In this document: piece after piece, positions 18,286-28,847 of the stretch
Layout: the number at the start of each line of letters is the position of its first letter
Numbering within the stretch: position 1 is the stretch's first letter
NCBI GenBank assembly: GCA_965213705.1
Contig: OZ243913.1
Coordinates: 2,496,001-2,560,000, forward strand
DNA from: Trueperaceae bacterium
GTDB lineage: Bacteria; Deinococcota; Deinococci; Deinococcales; Trueperaceae
Length of the DNA: 64,000 nt
Reading direction: 5' to 3'
The notes under the pieces: generated by a model
The model's input: the letters and a program-made list of their open reading frames with translations, nothing else
Database searches by the model: none
Told to the model about the DNA's origin: nothing
Translations under genes and position numbers: made by a program

Positions 18286-19032
18286 TTACTCCGCGGGTTC
18301 TATGTCGGATATTGTGGGTGAGGGTGCGGCCGGAGCCTCCTCGCCTCCGTGGTCGACCGCCCACTTCGCTTGCCGCCACAACCCGTGCAGCGCCGCGACC
18401 TCGCGCCCTGTCAGGCGGGCGCGGTCGAAGATGCGCCGGTACATGTGGTCGGTTTTGTGAGCGGTTTCGTCGTTCGTGTAGCCGATATAGCGCGCCACCT
18501 CCAAAAAGTGTCGGTGGAGGCGCTCGAGCGCCTCGCGCGGGGCGACCTCGGGCAGGTGTCGCTCCGCCTCCTCGGCGTGGCTCACAAAAAACTCGTACGC
18601 GACCAAGTTGACGGCTTGCGCCAAGTTCAAGGAGGCAAAGTCTCCGGTCGGGATGCGAATGTAGGCGTGGCACAGGTCCAAGTCTTCGTTGCTGAGGCCG
18701 GCGCGCTCGGGGCCGAACATCAGCGCGGCACCCTCCCGCGCAAACGTTTTTGCGGCGGCCCTGGGCGTGTAAACGTCGAAGCCTTCGGAGGTCCGCGCCC
18801 TCGCCGTGGTGCCCAGAACGAGGCGGCGGTCGGCGACGGCCTCCAGCGTGCTCGAGACGGTGACCGCGTCGTCCAGCACGTCGGCGGCGTGCGTGGCGAG
18901 GGCGTAAGCGTCTCTGGTCAGCTCGCACTGCGGGTCGACCAGGTAAAGTTCGCTCAAACCGAAGTTTTTCATGACCCGGGCGGCGCTGCCGACGTTGCCG
19001 GGCTCCTGGGGTTGGACGAGGATGACGCGCAC
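18286..19032 (-). CDS. SPOUT tRNA methyltransferase (TrmJ/LasT-like)
   Basis: PGNVGSAARVMKNFG, FGPERAGLSNEDL, SLNLAQAV. Confidence 0.9.
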   Translation of the reverse strand: MRVILVQPQEPGNVGSAARVMKNFGLSELYLVDPQCELTRDAYALATHAADVLDDAVTVSSTLEAVADRRLVLGTTARARTSEGFDVYTPRAAAKTFAREGAALMFGPERAGLSNEDLDLCHAYIRIPTGDFASLNLAQAVNLVAYEFFVSHAEEAERHLPEVAPREALERLHRHFLEVARYIGYTNDETAHKTDHMYRRIFDRARLTGREVAALHGLWRQAKWAVDHGGEEAPAAPSPTISDIEPAE

Positions 19033-19238
19033 GCTGAACAGTATAAGCGGCGTTGTGCGCCGAACAGGGCGCGTCGGGCTTGTACGTGAACCAGAGGTGT
19101 TTAGATGCTTCAAAATTGTCATGACGTTCCGGCGCTCGAGCAAAGCCTCCGTATGCGCGCTCAACCGGGCGAACGCCGAGGTGGCAAATTTCGGGTAAGC
19201 CGACTTTTCGGGGAGGGCCGACGTGGTAGCTTTTAGCC

Positions 19239-19823
19239 ATGATAGGCAAATTTTTTAAGAAAGACCCCGACAACCCCAGGGTTCCACCGGGCCAGAGCGT
19301 CACCGAGGGTTTTCCCGTCCTCACCTACGGCCCGACGCCGCGTGTCGAGCCCCAAGACGTCGAGGTGCGAGCGTTCGGGCTCGTCGAGGAAAAGACGTTT
19401 TCGTGGCAAGACCTGCTGGCGTTGCCGCAGACGACGCTGACCAGGGACTTTCACTGCGTCACCCACTGGTCCAAGCTGGACGTTACCTGGACCGGCGTGC
19501 TCACGACCGACCTCATGGCGCAGCTGAAGGGTTTTGAGAACGCGACCCACGTCATGTTTCACTGTTACGGCGGCTACACGACGAACCTCGCCCTGGAAGA
19601 CTTCTTGGCCGAAGGCTGCATGGTTGTTCACACTTTGGAGGGCGAGCCCATCCCGGTTGAGCACGGCGGCCCGTTGCGCACGCTCATCCCGCACCTGTAC
19701 GCCTGGAAGAGCGCGAAGTGGCTGTCCGGAATTGAATTTATGCACGGCGACAAACCCGGCTTTTGGGAGCGCAACGGTTACCACATGCGCGGCGAGCCGT
19801 TCGCCGAGGAGCGTTACAGCTGA
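19239..19823 (+). CDS. sulfite-oxidase-like molybdopterin oxidoreductase
   Basis: RVPPGQ, DFHCVTHWS, HGGPLR...P.LY.WKSAKW, GFWERNGYH. Confidence 0.9.
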   Translation: MIGKFFKKDPDNPRVPPGQSVTEGFPVLTYGPTPRVEPQDVEVRAFGLVEEKTFSWQDLLALPQTTLTRDFHCVTHWSKLDVTWTGVLTTDLMAQLKGFENATHVMFHCYGGYTTNLALEDFLAEGCMVVHTLEGEPIPVEHGGPLRTLIPHLYAWKSAKWLSGIEFMHGDKPGFWERNGYHMRGEPFAEERYS

Positions 19824-19935
19824 GCAAATCATCGTAAGGGTGGCGCAGCGCGAACTGAAACTGACCGTGAAGCAAGTAGGTTAGAACGTGACAGGCGACA
19901 AGCTTGAATTTTTTACTCAAACCAAGGGGGACACC

Positions 19936-20283
19936 GTGGCGGATGACAAATTAGAGACGCGCAAAGAGTTCGAAGAACTCGTCAACATGCAGCCCAAAGA
20001 GCTGACCGAGTGGCTCGAGACCGACGAGTCCAAGTCCGTCGGCCAGGATTCAGGCGACGGCGAGGCCATCGGTCATAAAAGTGGCGAGCGTATCGTCGCC
20101 ATCAAACGCAAACACGTCGACGACTACAGCGACGACGACTACGAGCACATGGAGCGGGTCATTTCCTACATCAAACGCCACAGCGCGCAGGGACCCGAGG
20201 ACGACGTCAAGGAAAGCCGTTGGCGCTACTCACTCATGAACTGGGGACACGACCCCTGTAAGGAAGAGGGCGCGGACTGCTGA
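19936..20283 (+). CDS. DUF3140 family protein
   Basis: VNM...EL..WL.T.ES..VG, WRYSLMNWGHDP. Confidence 0.9.
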   Translation: MADDKLETRKEFEELVNMQPKELTEWLETDESKSVGQDSGDGEAIGHKSGERIVAIKRKHVDDYSDDDYEHMERVISYIKRHSAQGPEDDVKESRWRYSLMNWGHDPCKEEGADC

Positions 20284-20287
20284 GAAT

Positions 20288-20323
20288 AAAAGAGCAACGC
20301 GCTTCGAAGCGCGTTGCTCTTTT
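20288..20323. terminator. bidirectional terminator
   Basis: Perfect 36-bp palindrome aaaagagcaacgcgcttc|gaagcgcgttgctctttt between convergent genes. Confidence 0.85.
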
Positions 20324-20376
20324 GGTCCATGTTATGACTCTGGTACTTCAAGCCCCGGGGTACTTTAATGGGGTGC

Positions 20377-20649
20377 TCAAGCTCCGGCCTGCAATTTGTT
20401 GACACGCTTAGCGAGGCGCGACTTTTTGCGGGCGGCAGTGTTTTTGTGTAAGGTTGAGCCTTTCGCGGCCCGGTCGATAAGGCTGCTGGCAACTTTGAGG
20501 TACTTGGCGGCAGCGGCTTCGTCGCCGGTTTGGGCGGCGGCGACGGCTTTTTTGGTAAAGGTGCGGATCATGCTTTTGCGGGAACGGTTGACGAGCCGCG
20601 TCTCTTCGGACTGGCGGTGATACTTCATTGCGGAACGGTTTCTTGCCAT
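20377..20649 (-). CDS. rpsT: 30S ribosomal protein S20
   Basis: SAMK..RQS...[26 protein letters not shown]. Confidence 0.97.
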   Translation of the reverse strand: MARNRSAMKYHRQSEETRLVNRSRKSMIRTFTKKAVAAAQTGDEAAAAKYLKVASSLIDRAAKGSTLHKNTAARKKSRLAKRVNKLQAGA

Positions 20650-20804
20650 CATTCTCCTTCTAGCGCGCCCCTGAGAGCGTCGGCAACCTGAAAAGCTTAG
20701 CACACGCGGGCGGAACTGCGCAACGTGACTAAGCTCGAGCTTAGGCCCCAACGTTCGTCGCGTTTTAAGCGTTATCTCATAAGCGAGCGGGTAGACTTTT
20801 AGGA

Positions 20805-23681
20805 ATGTGGCTGCTTCCGAACGTGAGACTTTCGACGGCGCGGCGTTTGAGACGACTTGCGCCGGCTGTTCTGCTGACCCTGGGGCTGTTGGGCGCTTGC
20901 TCGTCGGGGGACGAACCCACGCCCAACCGACCGCCCGTGGCGGCGGTAAGCGCGGCGCCGACGACCGGGTCGGCGCCTTTGGCAGTTGCTTTCGACGCTT
21001 CTGACTCGAGCGACCCGGACGGCAACTTAGTCGTCTTCGCGTGGGATTTTGGCGACGGCGAAACCGCGACGGACGTCCGCGCCGAGCACGTCTACGCGGC
21101 GGGCACGTTCACCGCCACCGTGACGGTCACCGATGACCGGGGCGCAACGGCGACGTCAAAGACCGTCATCACCGTGACCGAGGCCGCACCCGGCCCCACC
21201 GCTTCGTTCAAGGCGACACCGACGAGCGGGGCGGCACCTTTGGAGGTCGCGTTCGACGCGTCAGGCTCGGGTGACGCGTCCGGAACCCTGACGTCTTTCG
21301 TTTGGGATTTCGGTGACGGGAGCAGCGGCAAGGGGGCGCGCACGAAGCACACCTACAGTCCGGGCACGTTCACCGCCACCCTTACTGTCACCAACAACGA
21401 GGGCGTAACGGCGTCGGCTAAAACCGACGTCACCGCGACCGAGAAACCTTCCGGGGGTGAACTTTCAGGCACCATCACCCTGAGCAACCCCTTGAGTGAC
21501 GAGGAAAGCGTGCAACGCCCGCCGGAGTTGGGGTTCGACCTCGCGCCCAAAGCAAGGGCTGCGCCGAGCGGAGACAGCTTCGTACCGGGTGAAGTCATCG
21601 TTCAGTTTCGCCCCGGGCGCAACCAGGGTGTAGAAACCCTGTCCGTAACAGAACTCGCGACAGAACAGGCGGCCGGGACGTCGGCAGGGCGACAGCGTCT
21701 GGTGCTCGTGCGCCCGTTGCCGGTTGCCGACACCTACTTGTACCGGATTGCCGAGGCGTCGGCCGGTGCGCCGGTTGACAGCTCTCGGGCGCAGACCGGT
21801 AGCTTACAAAAGGCCGCGTTACAAGCAAAGACGCTTCAAATCATAGCAGCCCTCGCCAGCCGCGCCGACGTGCAGACGGTCATTCCGAACCGCGTCTACC
21901 GGGTTCTCAAAACCCCCGACGACGAGTTTTACGACCTGCAGTGGCACTACCCCGCCATCAACCTGCCGCAGGCTTGGAACGTCACCACGGGCTCGGCGGA
22001 AACCACCGTGGCCGTGGTCGACACCGGTATCCTGGGCACGCCAAAAAACGCCAAGACGACCCATCCGGACTTCAGGGGCCGTTTGTTGCCGGGCTACGAC
22101 TTCGTCACCGACCCCGACGCGGCAGGTGACGGCGACGGCCGCGACGACGAGCCTTACGACCTGGGCACTTTCCAGTCGAACGGTACCCACGGCTCCCACG
22201 TTGCGGGCATCATCGCCGCCAACAGCGACGACGGTCTCGGGACGGCGGGCGTCGATTGGGCGGCAAAAATCGTGCCGGTGCGGGTGCTGGGGACCGAAGG
22301 CAAGGGACCTTTCAGCGACGTTTTAGACGGTGTCGCCTGGGCGGCGGGGCTCAAAGTTGCGGGCGTACCCGTCAACCCCAACCCGGCTGACGTCATCAAC
22401 TTGAGTTTGGGCGGGAACGGCCCCTGCGACGCGGTAGAAAAACAGCTTTTCGACTTGGTTATAGCTCGAGGCACCCTCGTGGTGGTCGCGGCCGGCAACG
22501 GCAACGAAAACGTGAACGGCGCGTCGCCGGGCAACTGTGACGCCGTCATCACCGTCGGCGCTGTGGACTTTACGGGGCGACGCGCCCCCTACTCGAACTT
22601 CGGCACCAAGCTCGACGTCGTGGCCCCCGGGGGCGACGTCGGCGCGGACGCCAACGGCGACTACTACCCAGACGGGGTGCTGAGTACCGTTTACAACGGC
22701 AACAAAGGCGGTTTTTACTGGGGCTTTTTGCAAGGTACCTCGATGGCCGCGCCGCACGTAACCGGGGTGGTAGCGCTCCTCAAAGCCGTCGACCCGACGC
22801 TCAGCCAGGGCCAAGTCGAGACCCTTCTCAAAACTACCGCCAGACCGCGCACCGCGAAAACGTGCAGCGGCGAAAACCGCACCGGCCTCAAAGCCGCCGA
22901 CTGCGGCGCGGGTCTCGTCGACGCCTTTGCCGCCGTGACGGCGGCCTCGGGGGCGGCACCTTCCCCGCCGACCAGCAGCGAGCTTGGGTTCACCCCCAGC
23001 CGCCTGGACTTCGGCACCACCCAAAGCAAACTTACTTTGCAGCTCAGCAACCCGGGCAGCAGCCGTCTGGACTGGCGTTTCGACACCTTTTTTCCAGACC
23101 CCAACAATCCGGGCGAGGTAGCGGGGAGTGGCCTCAAGCTGTCCGCCACGACGGGCACTATCCCCGCGGGCGGCAGCAAAACCCTCAACCTGACCCTGGA
23201 CCGCAGCAAGGCGAGTGTGCCAGGCAACTACCACCTGGACCTCGGTTTCGAAACCGGGGACGCGGCGCAGCTCTTACCTGTCTTTTTCAGCAAGGGCGAC
23301 GCGGCGTCACCGCCCGAGGGCAACTTGTCCGGCACCCTGGTCATCGCTTGTTTTGCGGTTGGCGACGGCTGTGACGAAGACAAGTCCCGCGTCGGGAACA
23401 TTGCGAACAGGGCCGACAGCGCGCCGTATTCTTTTACCGGTTTGGGTGCGGGCCGCTACCGGCTCGTCGCCTGGAAAGACGTCGACGACAGCGACGCGGT
23501 CGACGACGGCGACTTGTTCGGCTTTTACTCGCAAGACGGTCTCGGCACGTCTGAGGTCGAACCCCCGGCCCAGGGCCTCGACTACTCGGTGTCCCCCGTT
23601 TTGAGCAACGACACGTCGGACGCGGTTCCCCAAGCCCTGGCAGACTTTTTGACCGAGGTCAAACGCAAGTCCGAACCTTAG
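20805..23681 (+). CDS. lipoprotein S8 (subtilisin) serine peptidase with two PKD domains
   Basis: Lipobox LLGAC; WDFGDG twice; triad VDTG / HGSHVAG / GTSMAAP. Confidence 0.93.
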   Translation: MWLLPNVRLSTARRLRRLAPAVLLTLGLLGACSSGDEPTPNRPPVAAVSAAPTTGSAPLAVAFDASDSSDPDGNLVVFAWDFGDGETATDVRAEHVYAAGTFTATVTVTDDRGATATSKTVITVTEAAPGPTASFKATPTSGAAPLEVAFDASGSGDASGTLTSFVWDFGDGSSGKGARTKHTYSPGTFTATLTVTNNEGVTASAKTDVTATEKPSGGELSGTITLSNPLSDEESVQRPPELGFDLAPKARAAPSGDSFVPGEVIVQFRPGRNQGVETLSVTELATEQAAGTSAGRQRLVLVRPLPVADTYLYRIAEASAGAPVDSSRAQTGSLQKAALQAKTLQIIAALASRADVQTVIPNRVYRVLKTPDDEFYDLQWHYPAINLPQAWNVTTGSAETTVAVVDTGILGTPKNAKTTHPDFRGRLLPGYDFVTDPDAAGDGDGRDDEPYDLGTFQSNGTHGSHVAGIIAANSDDGLGTAGVDWAAKIVPVRVLGTEGKGPFSDVLDGVAWAAGLKVAGVPVNPNPADVINLSLGGNGPCDAVEKQLFDLVIARGTLVVVAAGNGNENVNGASPGNCDAVITVGAVDFTGRRAPYSNFGTKLDVVAPGGDVGADANGDYYPDGVLSTVYNGNKGGFYWGFLQGTSMAAPHVTGVVALLKAVDPTLSQGQVETLLKTTARPRTAKTCSGENRTGLKAADCGAGLVDAFAAVTAASGAAPSPPTSSELGFTPSRLDFGTTQSKLTLQLSNPGSSRLDWRFDTFFPDPNNPGEVAGSGLKLSATTGTIPAGGSKTLNLTLDRSKASVPGNYHLDLGFETGDAAQLLPVFFSKGDAASPPEGNLSGTLVIACFAVGDGCDEDKSRVGNIANRADSAPYSFTGLGAGRYRLVAWKDVDDSDAVDDGDLFGFYSQDGLGTSEVEPPAQGLDYSVSPVLSNDTSDAVPQALADFLTEVKRKSEP

Positions 23682-24604
23682 GGTGGGTGCGGCGGCAAAC
23701 CGGACTGTGCCAGCCGTTCTGCCAACGCGGACAGGGTGTCTCCCAAAGGCGCTTCTACCTTGAGCGCGGCGTCTTTGTCACCGCGGGTTTCTCCTTGGTT
23801 GACGATGACGACGGGCTTGGCGGCCGCCACGGCGGCGGCGGCGAAGCGGTAACCCGAAAACACCGTCAGCGACGAACCCGCTACGAGCAAAACCTCGGCG
23901 TGAGCCAACATGCGCCAGGCCCGCTCGACCCTGGGTTTGGGCACGTTTTCCCCGAAAAACACCACGTCCGGTTTCAACACGCCCTTACAAGCGAGGCACA
24001 CCGGCACGCGAAACGTCTCCACGAGCGCTTCGGGAATCTCAGCGTCGCCGTCGGGGGCGACGTTGAGGGCAACGTTGTGGTCGGTACCGGCGGCGTAGGC
24101 CTCGAGTTCCGGATTGAGGTGGACCAAGCGGCGTTGTAAACGCTGCCGCGGCTCTTCGCGACCACAAGCCAGACACCTCACCTGCGCCAAGCTGCCGTGC
24201 AGCTCGAGCACGTTCAAGCTGCCGGCCGCGCCGTGCAACCCGTCTACGTTTTGAGTGATGACCCCTGTCACCACGCCCCCGGCCTCGAGCCGCGCCACCG
24301 CAAGGTGACCCCGGTTGGGCCGCGCCCGCTCTACATTCGACCAACCCCGAAAACTTCGCGCCCAATAGCGTTGCCGCGCCGCCGCGCTGCCGACAAACTG
24401 CTGATAGCGCATGGGGTTGCGGGGTTGCAGCCGCGTCACGGGGCCGCGGTAGTCGGGGATGCCCGACTCGGTCGACAGCCCGGCCCCGCTCAGCACCAGG
24501 ACGCGGCGGCCGGCCAACATGTTCGCGAGGTGGCGCAGGTCGGCGTCAGGAAAGGCGGTGTTACGGGGGTCTGTTTGAAGGATCGGTGCAGGCTCGAGCG
24601 TCAC
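23678..24604 (-). CDS. NAD-dependent protein deacylase (sirtuin, class II-like)
   Basis: GAGLSTESGIPDYR, RYWARS, TQNVDGLH, ELHG, PDGDA, LKPDVVFFGE. Confidence 0.93.
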   Translation of the reverse strand: MTLEPAPILQTDPRNTAFPDADLRHLANMLAGRRVLVLSGAGLSTESGIPDYRGPVTRLQPRNPMRYQQFVGSAAARQRYWARSFRGWSNVERARPNRGHLAVARLEAGGVVTGVITQNVDGLHGAAGSLNVLELHGSLAQVRCLACGREEPRQRLQRRLVHLNPELEAYAAGTDHNVALNVAPDGDAEIPEALVETFRVPVCLACKGVLKPDVVFFGENVPKPRVERAWRMLAHAEVLLVAGSSLTVFSGYRFAAAAVAAAKPVVIVNQGETRGDKDAALKVEAPLGDTLSALAERLAQSGLPPHPP

Positions 24605-24690
24605 TCCGTCATGGTAGAGCGTCCCGGCAGACGGCGGCAAGACTTCAGAACACGTTTGCGCATTTTGCCGGTGCTGGACTTGCCTCAGGG

Positions 24691-25065
24691 TTACAAGACT
24701 GTGGCGTCTACCGTTTCTGCCATCGTCTCGGCTGCCATCGTCTCGGCCACCGCCGCCTCGCTCTCGGGCGGGGCGGTGAGGACGGTGTTGGCGTAGTACT
24801 TGCTCAGCAGTTCCAAGCCCTCGGGCCAGGTGAAGTAGTCGAAGCTGCCCCGCTCGTAGGCGACGATTTCCACCGTCTTGACGCGCTTGTCCTGGTAACA
24901 CTGCTCGAGCATCACCGCGCTGCGCTTCAACTCCTCTTCCAAGTCGAGTCCGCCTACCAGCCGGCTCGCGCACAGGTTGCGAAAGCCGTCGAAGCTGAAC
25001 CTCAGGATGAACATGTCGCGCGTTTGGAAGTGATAAACGTTTAAGCCGGGCAGTTCTTTGAGCAT
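24691..25065 (-). CDS. conserved hypothetical protein
   Basis: TATAGT-N7-ATG; coding-like codon usage. Confidence 0.7.
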   Translation of the reverse strand: MLKELPGLNVYHFQTRDMFILRFSFDGFRNLCASRLVGGLDLEEELKRSAVMLEQCYQDKRVKTVEIVAYERGSFDYFTWPEGLELLSKYYANTVLTAPPESEAAVAETMAAETMAETVDATVL

Positions 25066-25232
25066 AGTTCGCACTATACCCCGCGGGGTTCCGGACGCCT
25101 AACCGGAGACGAGGATGTAGCTGGAACCAGGGATGAGGTCGGGTTGACGGGCTCGAGTCTGCCGACCCGACCCTGCGACCTGTCTGCACGGGTACGGTGC
25201 AGGAGCCCTCTTCAACGTAAGATAGATCTACC

Positions 25233-27104
25233 ATGAACAAGTTCTCTGTGTTTTGTGTTTTTTTGCTGGTGGCGGGAGCGGCGTGGGCGCACGACGAGCC
25301 CACCTTTGCCGACGGCGGCACGGCCGTCAGGGCGGAAGCGGCGCGCGTCGGTGCGGGCGAGGTCGACTTCGGGGTGGTGAGCGACGGTGCGGCCGACGGT
25401 GCGTCTTTGAGCCTGGTCGGACGCGGCGAGCGGCGTCTGCCGGGTGGGACGACGGACGTGTGGGTGCAAGGCGGTTACGCGTATTTGGGCACGTTTGCAA
25501 ATCCTTGCGGAAACGGCGAAGTGGGCGACGCGGGCGTTCACGTCTACGACGTGCGCGACCCTGCAAACATCACCGAGGTCGGTGCCCTGCCGAGCCAGAA
25601 GGGCAGCCGGGTCAACGACGTGAAGGTGGCGCGCCTCGCCGGCGGCACCCGGCTCGTCCACTCGAACGAAACCTGCGGCGCGGGCGGAAGGGGCGGTTTC
25701 GAACTGTACGACGTCGACGACCCGCTGCGCCCGGTTCACTTGGCGCACGTGCAGACCGACACCGTCAACGAACACCTGCGGCAAAACCCGCGCAACCGCA
25801 ACTTGGGCGTCCACAACCTGTTTCTGTTTAGCAACGGCGGCCGCGACTACGTGGCCGCTCAGGTCTACACGACCGTCGGCACCTTTCAAATTTTCGACAT
25901 CACCGACCCCGACGCCGTAACGCGGGTGAGCTATTTCGGCCCCGAAGCGGTGAAGTGGCCGAACATCGACTGGGCGGCCACCACCGACGAAGCCTTGCTG
26001 AGCGCCGCCGAAACCTACCTGCGCAGCGGCTACGGGGCGTCCACAAACCGCTTTTTACACGACATGTACGTGACGCCCGACGGGCGGACGGCTTATCTCG
26101 CCAACTGGGACGCAGGCCTGATTCGGCTGGACTTGACTAACGTCGCGCAGCCGAAGCTCGTGTCGGTGGCCCTGGACCCCACAAGCGAAGACGGCGAGGT
26201 CAACAGCCACTCGGTCTGGGCGAGCGAGGACGGCCGCATAGTGCTCGAGGGCGAGGAAGACTTCAACCCGTACCGCAGCGAGTTCTTTATTACGAGCGGT
26301 GAGAAAGCTGGAAGTTACGCAAGCACCGAGGGCACCCTCACCAAGCCACTCGCCATGCTGCCTGGAAAAACGCTGTCCGGCCCTACGGTTTATGTGGGCG
26401 ACGCCTGCGGCGAACTACCCACGCCGACGGAGACCGGGCAGATCGCGCTCGTACAGCGTGGGCAATGCACTTTCAACTTCAAAGCCGTAGCCGTGCGCCA
26501 GGCGGGCTACGCGGGCCTGGTCGTCTTCAACGACGTAGCGAGCGGCGACGAACTGCTCAGCATGGGCGGCGGCAAGGTAAACGTTCCGGGTTTGTTCGTC
26601 GGGCACAGCACCGGCCTTGCGCTGGCGGGGGCAAACGGTAGCGCCGCCCTCAAAGTCGGCACGCCTGGTGAAACCCTGCGCGCCACCATCACGCCCGACG
26701 GCTGGAGCGGGTTGCGCGTCTGGGACTACAGCGACCCCGCGCGGCCGGTCCTCGCCGCGACCTTCAACACGCTCTGCAGCGCCCACCCGGACGATGAAAG
26801 TTGCAGCCCGGACGGCATCTATTCCTCACACAACTTGATTGTCGAAGACGGCAAAGCTTACGTTTCCTGGTACGCCGACGGCGTGCTCGTCCTCGACCTC
26901 AGCGACCCCTACCGGCCGGTCGAAGTCGCGCGCTATCACGAAGCGGGTCTGGCTTTCGAGGCGAGCAACGGCGGCCCGCAGGACGTCTGGGGCATCTACA
27001 AAGTGCCGGGCGAATCCCTACTCTACGCTTCGGACCGCAACGGCGGCTTGTACGTTTTGGACACGCGGATTGCGCCGGAAAGTGAGGCTGGGGATGGCGG
27101 ATAA
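25233..27104 (+). CDS. secreted LVIVD-repeat protein with inserted PA domain
   Basis: Signal peptide; DVWV.G.YAY, HD/HN/HS repeats, IALVQRGQCTF..K. Confidence 0.85.
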   Translation: MNKFSVFCVFLLVAGAAWAHDEPTFADGGTAVRAEAARVGAGEVDFGVVSDGAADGASLSLVGRGERRLPGGTTDVWVQGGYAYLGTFANPCGNGEVGDAGVHVYDVRDPANITEVGALPSQKGSRVNDVKVARLAGGTRLVHSNETCGAGGRGGFELYDVDDPLRPVHLAHVQTDTVNEHLRQNPRNRNLGVHNLFLFSNGGRDYVAAQVYTTVGTFQIFDITDPDAVTRVSYFGPEAVKWPNIDWAATTDEALLSAAETYLRSGYGASTNRFLHDMYVTPDGRTAYLANWDAGLIRLDLTNVAQPKLVSVALDPTSEDGEVNSHSVWASEDGRIVLEGEEDFNPYRSEFFITSGEKAGSYASTEGTLTKPLAMLPGKTLSGPTVYVGDACGELPTPTETGQIALVQRGQCTFNFKAVAVRQAGYAGLVVFNDVASGDELLSMGGGKVNVPGLFVGHSTGLALAGANGSAALKVGTPGETLRATITPDGWSGLRVWDYSDPARPVLAATFNTLCSAHPDDESCSPDGIYSSHNLIVEDGKAYVSWYADGVLVLDLSDPYRPVEVARYHEAGLAFEASNGGPQDVWGIYKVPGESLLYASDRNGGLYVLDTRIAPESEAGDGG

Positions 27105-27415
27105 ACTGACCGACTCGGTCGACAAAACGTCAGGTTTGAACGTTGAACACCACCCCGAGCGCAACCGCTTCGAGATAAAAGTGGCCGGACAGACGGCCGT
27201 CCTGGAGTACATGAAGGTCGGCGACAGCCTCATTTTTACCCACACCGAAGTGCCCGAAAACCTGGAGGGGCAAGGGGTCGGCGGGGCTCTCGCCAAGGCG
27301 GGGCTCGAGTACGTGCGCGACCACAAGCATGACCGCCGCGCCGCTGTGCCCGTTCGTCAAGGCGTACATCAAACGGCATCCTGAATACTAGCCGCTCGTC
27401 CGAATGGGCGGCTAA
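27094..27415 (+). pseudogene. YjdJ-like GNAT N-acetyltransferase, frameshifted with an additional nonsense codon
   Basis: FTHTEVP..LEGQGVG in one frame; PLCPFVKAYIKRHPEY*PLV in the next frame. Confidence 0.85.
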
Positions 27416-28125
27416 AGGTACGTTTCGAACCAGTCAACCGTCCGCCGCTGAATTTCAACCGCCTCCGCCGCACTCGGGTGGTGACCCATGCCCGGATACT
27501 CGACAAACACCAGCCGCTCGGGCTGTTCGGCGTAGTGGGGCTCGAGCGCTTTGTGAAATGCCCGCGCCCCCGCGGGCGGCACGACCGGGTCGACTGCCCC
27601 TACTTGGGACAACAGCGCTGTTGGATAAAACGCCTCCGGGTGCAGGTGTGGGCTGTCGGGCAGGGGCGGCCGCCACTGGGGTGACCCCACGATCGTCACC
27701 GCCGCCTTGAACCGCTTTTCCTCCAGCAGCGCCCGGTAGGTGATGTAGCCGCCCATCGACCAACCCGCGACGCCGAGGCGGTCCGCGCGCCCCAAACTCT
27801 TTTCCAACAGCGCGTCGACAACCCTGGGAATCTCGAGGGCTGTTTCACGCACGAGGTTCAAAAACTCCGTGGGGGCCTTCGGGTTGGCCGGGTGAAAACG
27901 CGCCGCGAAGTCACTCAGCCGCCGCGCGCCGTGGCCCGCGTTGTCGAGGGCGACGACCAAAAACCCGGCGTCGGTCAGCACCCGGTACTCGCTCAAGTTG
28001 CTTTCCTTTTGCGCGGTGAGGCCGTGATAGAAGAGAATCGTACCGCGCTCGGCGGCAGTTTCGACGCTGCTTTGTGCGAGGAGCAAGGCGGGCGCGTCGG
28101 CCAGGGTCGTGGGTGTTTGGGTCAT
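27412..28125 (-). CDS. alpha/beta hydrolase (esterase)
   Basis: HG, GHG.R, GWSMGG nucleophile elbow, D..VP, GH. Confidence 0.88.
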   Translation of the reverse strand: MTQTPTTLADAPALLLAQSSVETAAERGTILFYHGLTAQKESNLSEYRVLTDAGFLVVALDNAGHGARRLSDFAARFHPANPKAPTEFLNLVRETALEIPRVVDALLEKSLGRADRLGVAGWSMGGYITYRALLEEKRFKAAVTIVGSPQWRPPLPDSPHLHPEAFYPTALLSQVGAVDPVVPPAGARAFHKALEPHYAEQPERLVFVEYPGMGHHPSAAEAVEIQRRTVDWFETYL

Positions 28126-28239
28126 AGGGTTAAAGCCTAACCGAAACTGTTTTCCCGACCCTAGCTGAAACATCTTTTCAAATGTTTGTCATGCTGAGGA
28201 CGACCCATCTCACGGCAGCGGAGTACAACGGACGAACCC

Positions 28240-28845
28240 ATGACCCCTCTCAACATCGCCGTCATCGCTGCCGACGGACTCGTCCGGGCGGGCTTGGTGA
28301 GTGTGTTGCAGGGTCGGCCGGGTTTGCACGTGGTCGCCAGTTTCACGCCGGACGACTCTTTGCGCGGGCTCGAGCCGGAAGCGGACGTGGTGGTGTGGGA
28401 CGCAGACTTGGAATTGGACGTGCAGGGTCTCGAGCTTGACACTCCCGTCCTCGCGCTCGTCCCGGAAGACGCGAACCTCGCCGACTTTACAAACGTGAAC
28501 GGCGTGGTGTACCGAACGGCGTCGGTAGACAAGCTCGTCGCCGCGTTGCAAGCCCTAGCACAGGGTTTGAGCGTGCTCGAGCCCGAGCTGGCCCAACTCC
28601 TGTTCCCACCGCGGACCGACGTTCAAAACCTCACCGAAGACCTCACCGAAGACCTCACGCCGCGCGAACAGGACGTGTTGCAACACCTCGCCGTGGGCCT
28701 CAGCAACAAGGCGATTGCCAAAACCCTGGACATCAGCGAAAACACCGTGAAGTTTCACGTCGCCGCGCTGCTGGATAAGTTCGGGGTGAACTCGCGCACC
28801 GAGGTTGTGGTGCGGGCGATTCAGCTCGGCTTTGTCGTCGTGTAA
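28240..28845 (+). CDS. LuxR-family regulator with degenerate receiver domain
   Basis: LTPREQDVL..LA.GLSNK.IA..L.ISENTVKFHV. Confidence 0.9.
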   Translation: MTPLNIAVIAADGLVRAGLVSVLQGRPGLHVVASFTPDDSLRGLEPEADVVVWDADLELDVQGLELDTPVLALVPEDANLADFTNVNGVVYRTASVDKLVAALQALAQGLSVLEPELAQLLFPPRTDVQNLTEDLTEDLTPREQDVLQHLAVGLSNKAIAKTLDISENTVKFHVAALLDKFGVNSRTEVVVRAIQLGFVVV

Positions 28846-28847
28846 GC

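Noticed and set aside
23678..24604. Sirtuin as an anti-phage SIR2 effector
   Set aside because: Has canonical deacylase motifs and Zn-binding cysteines, host-like GC and no defence neighbours
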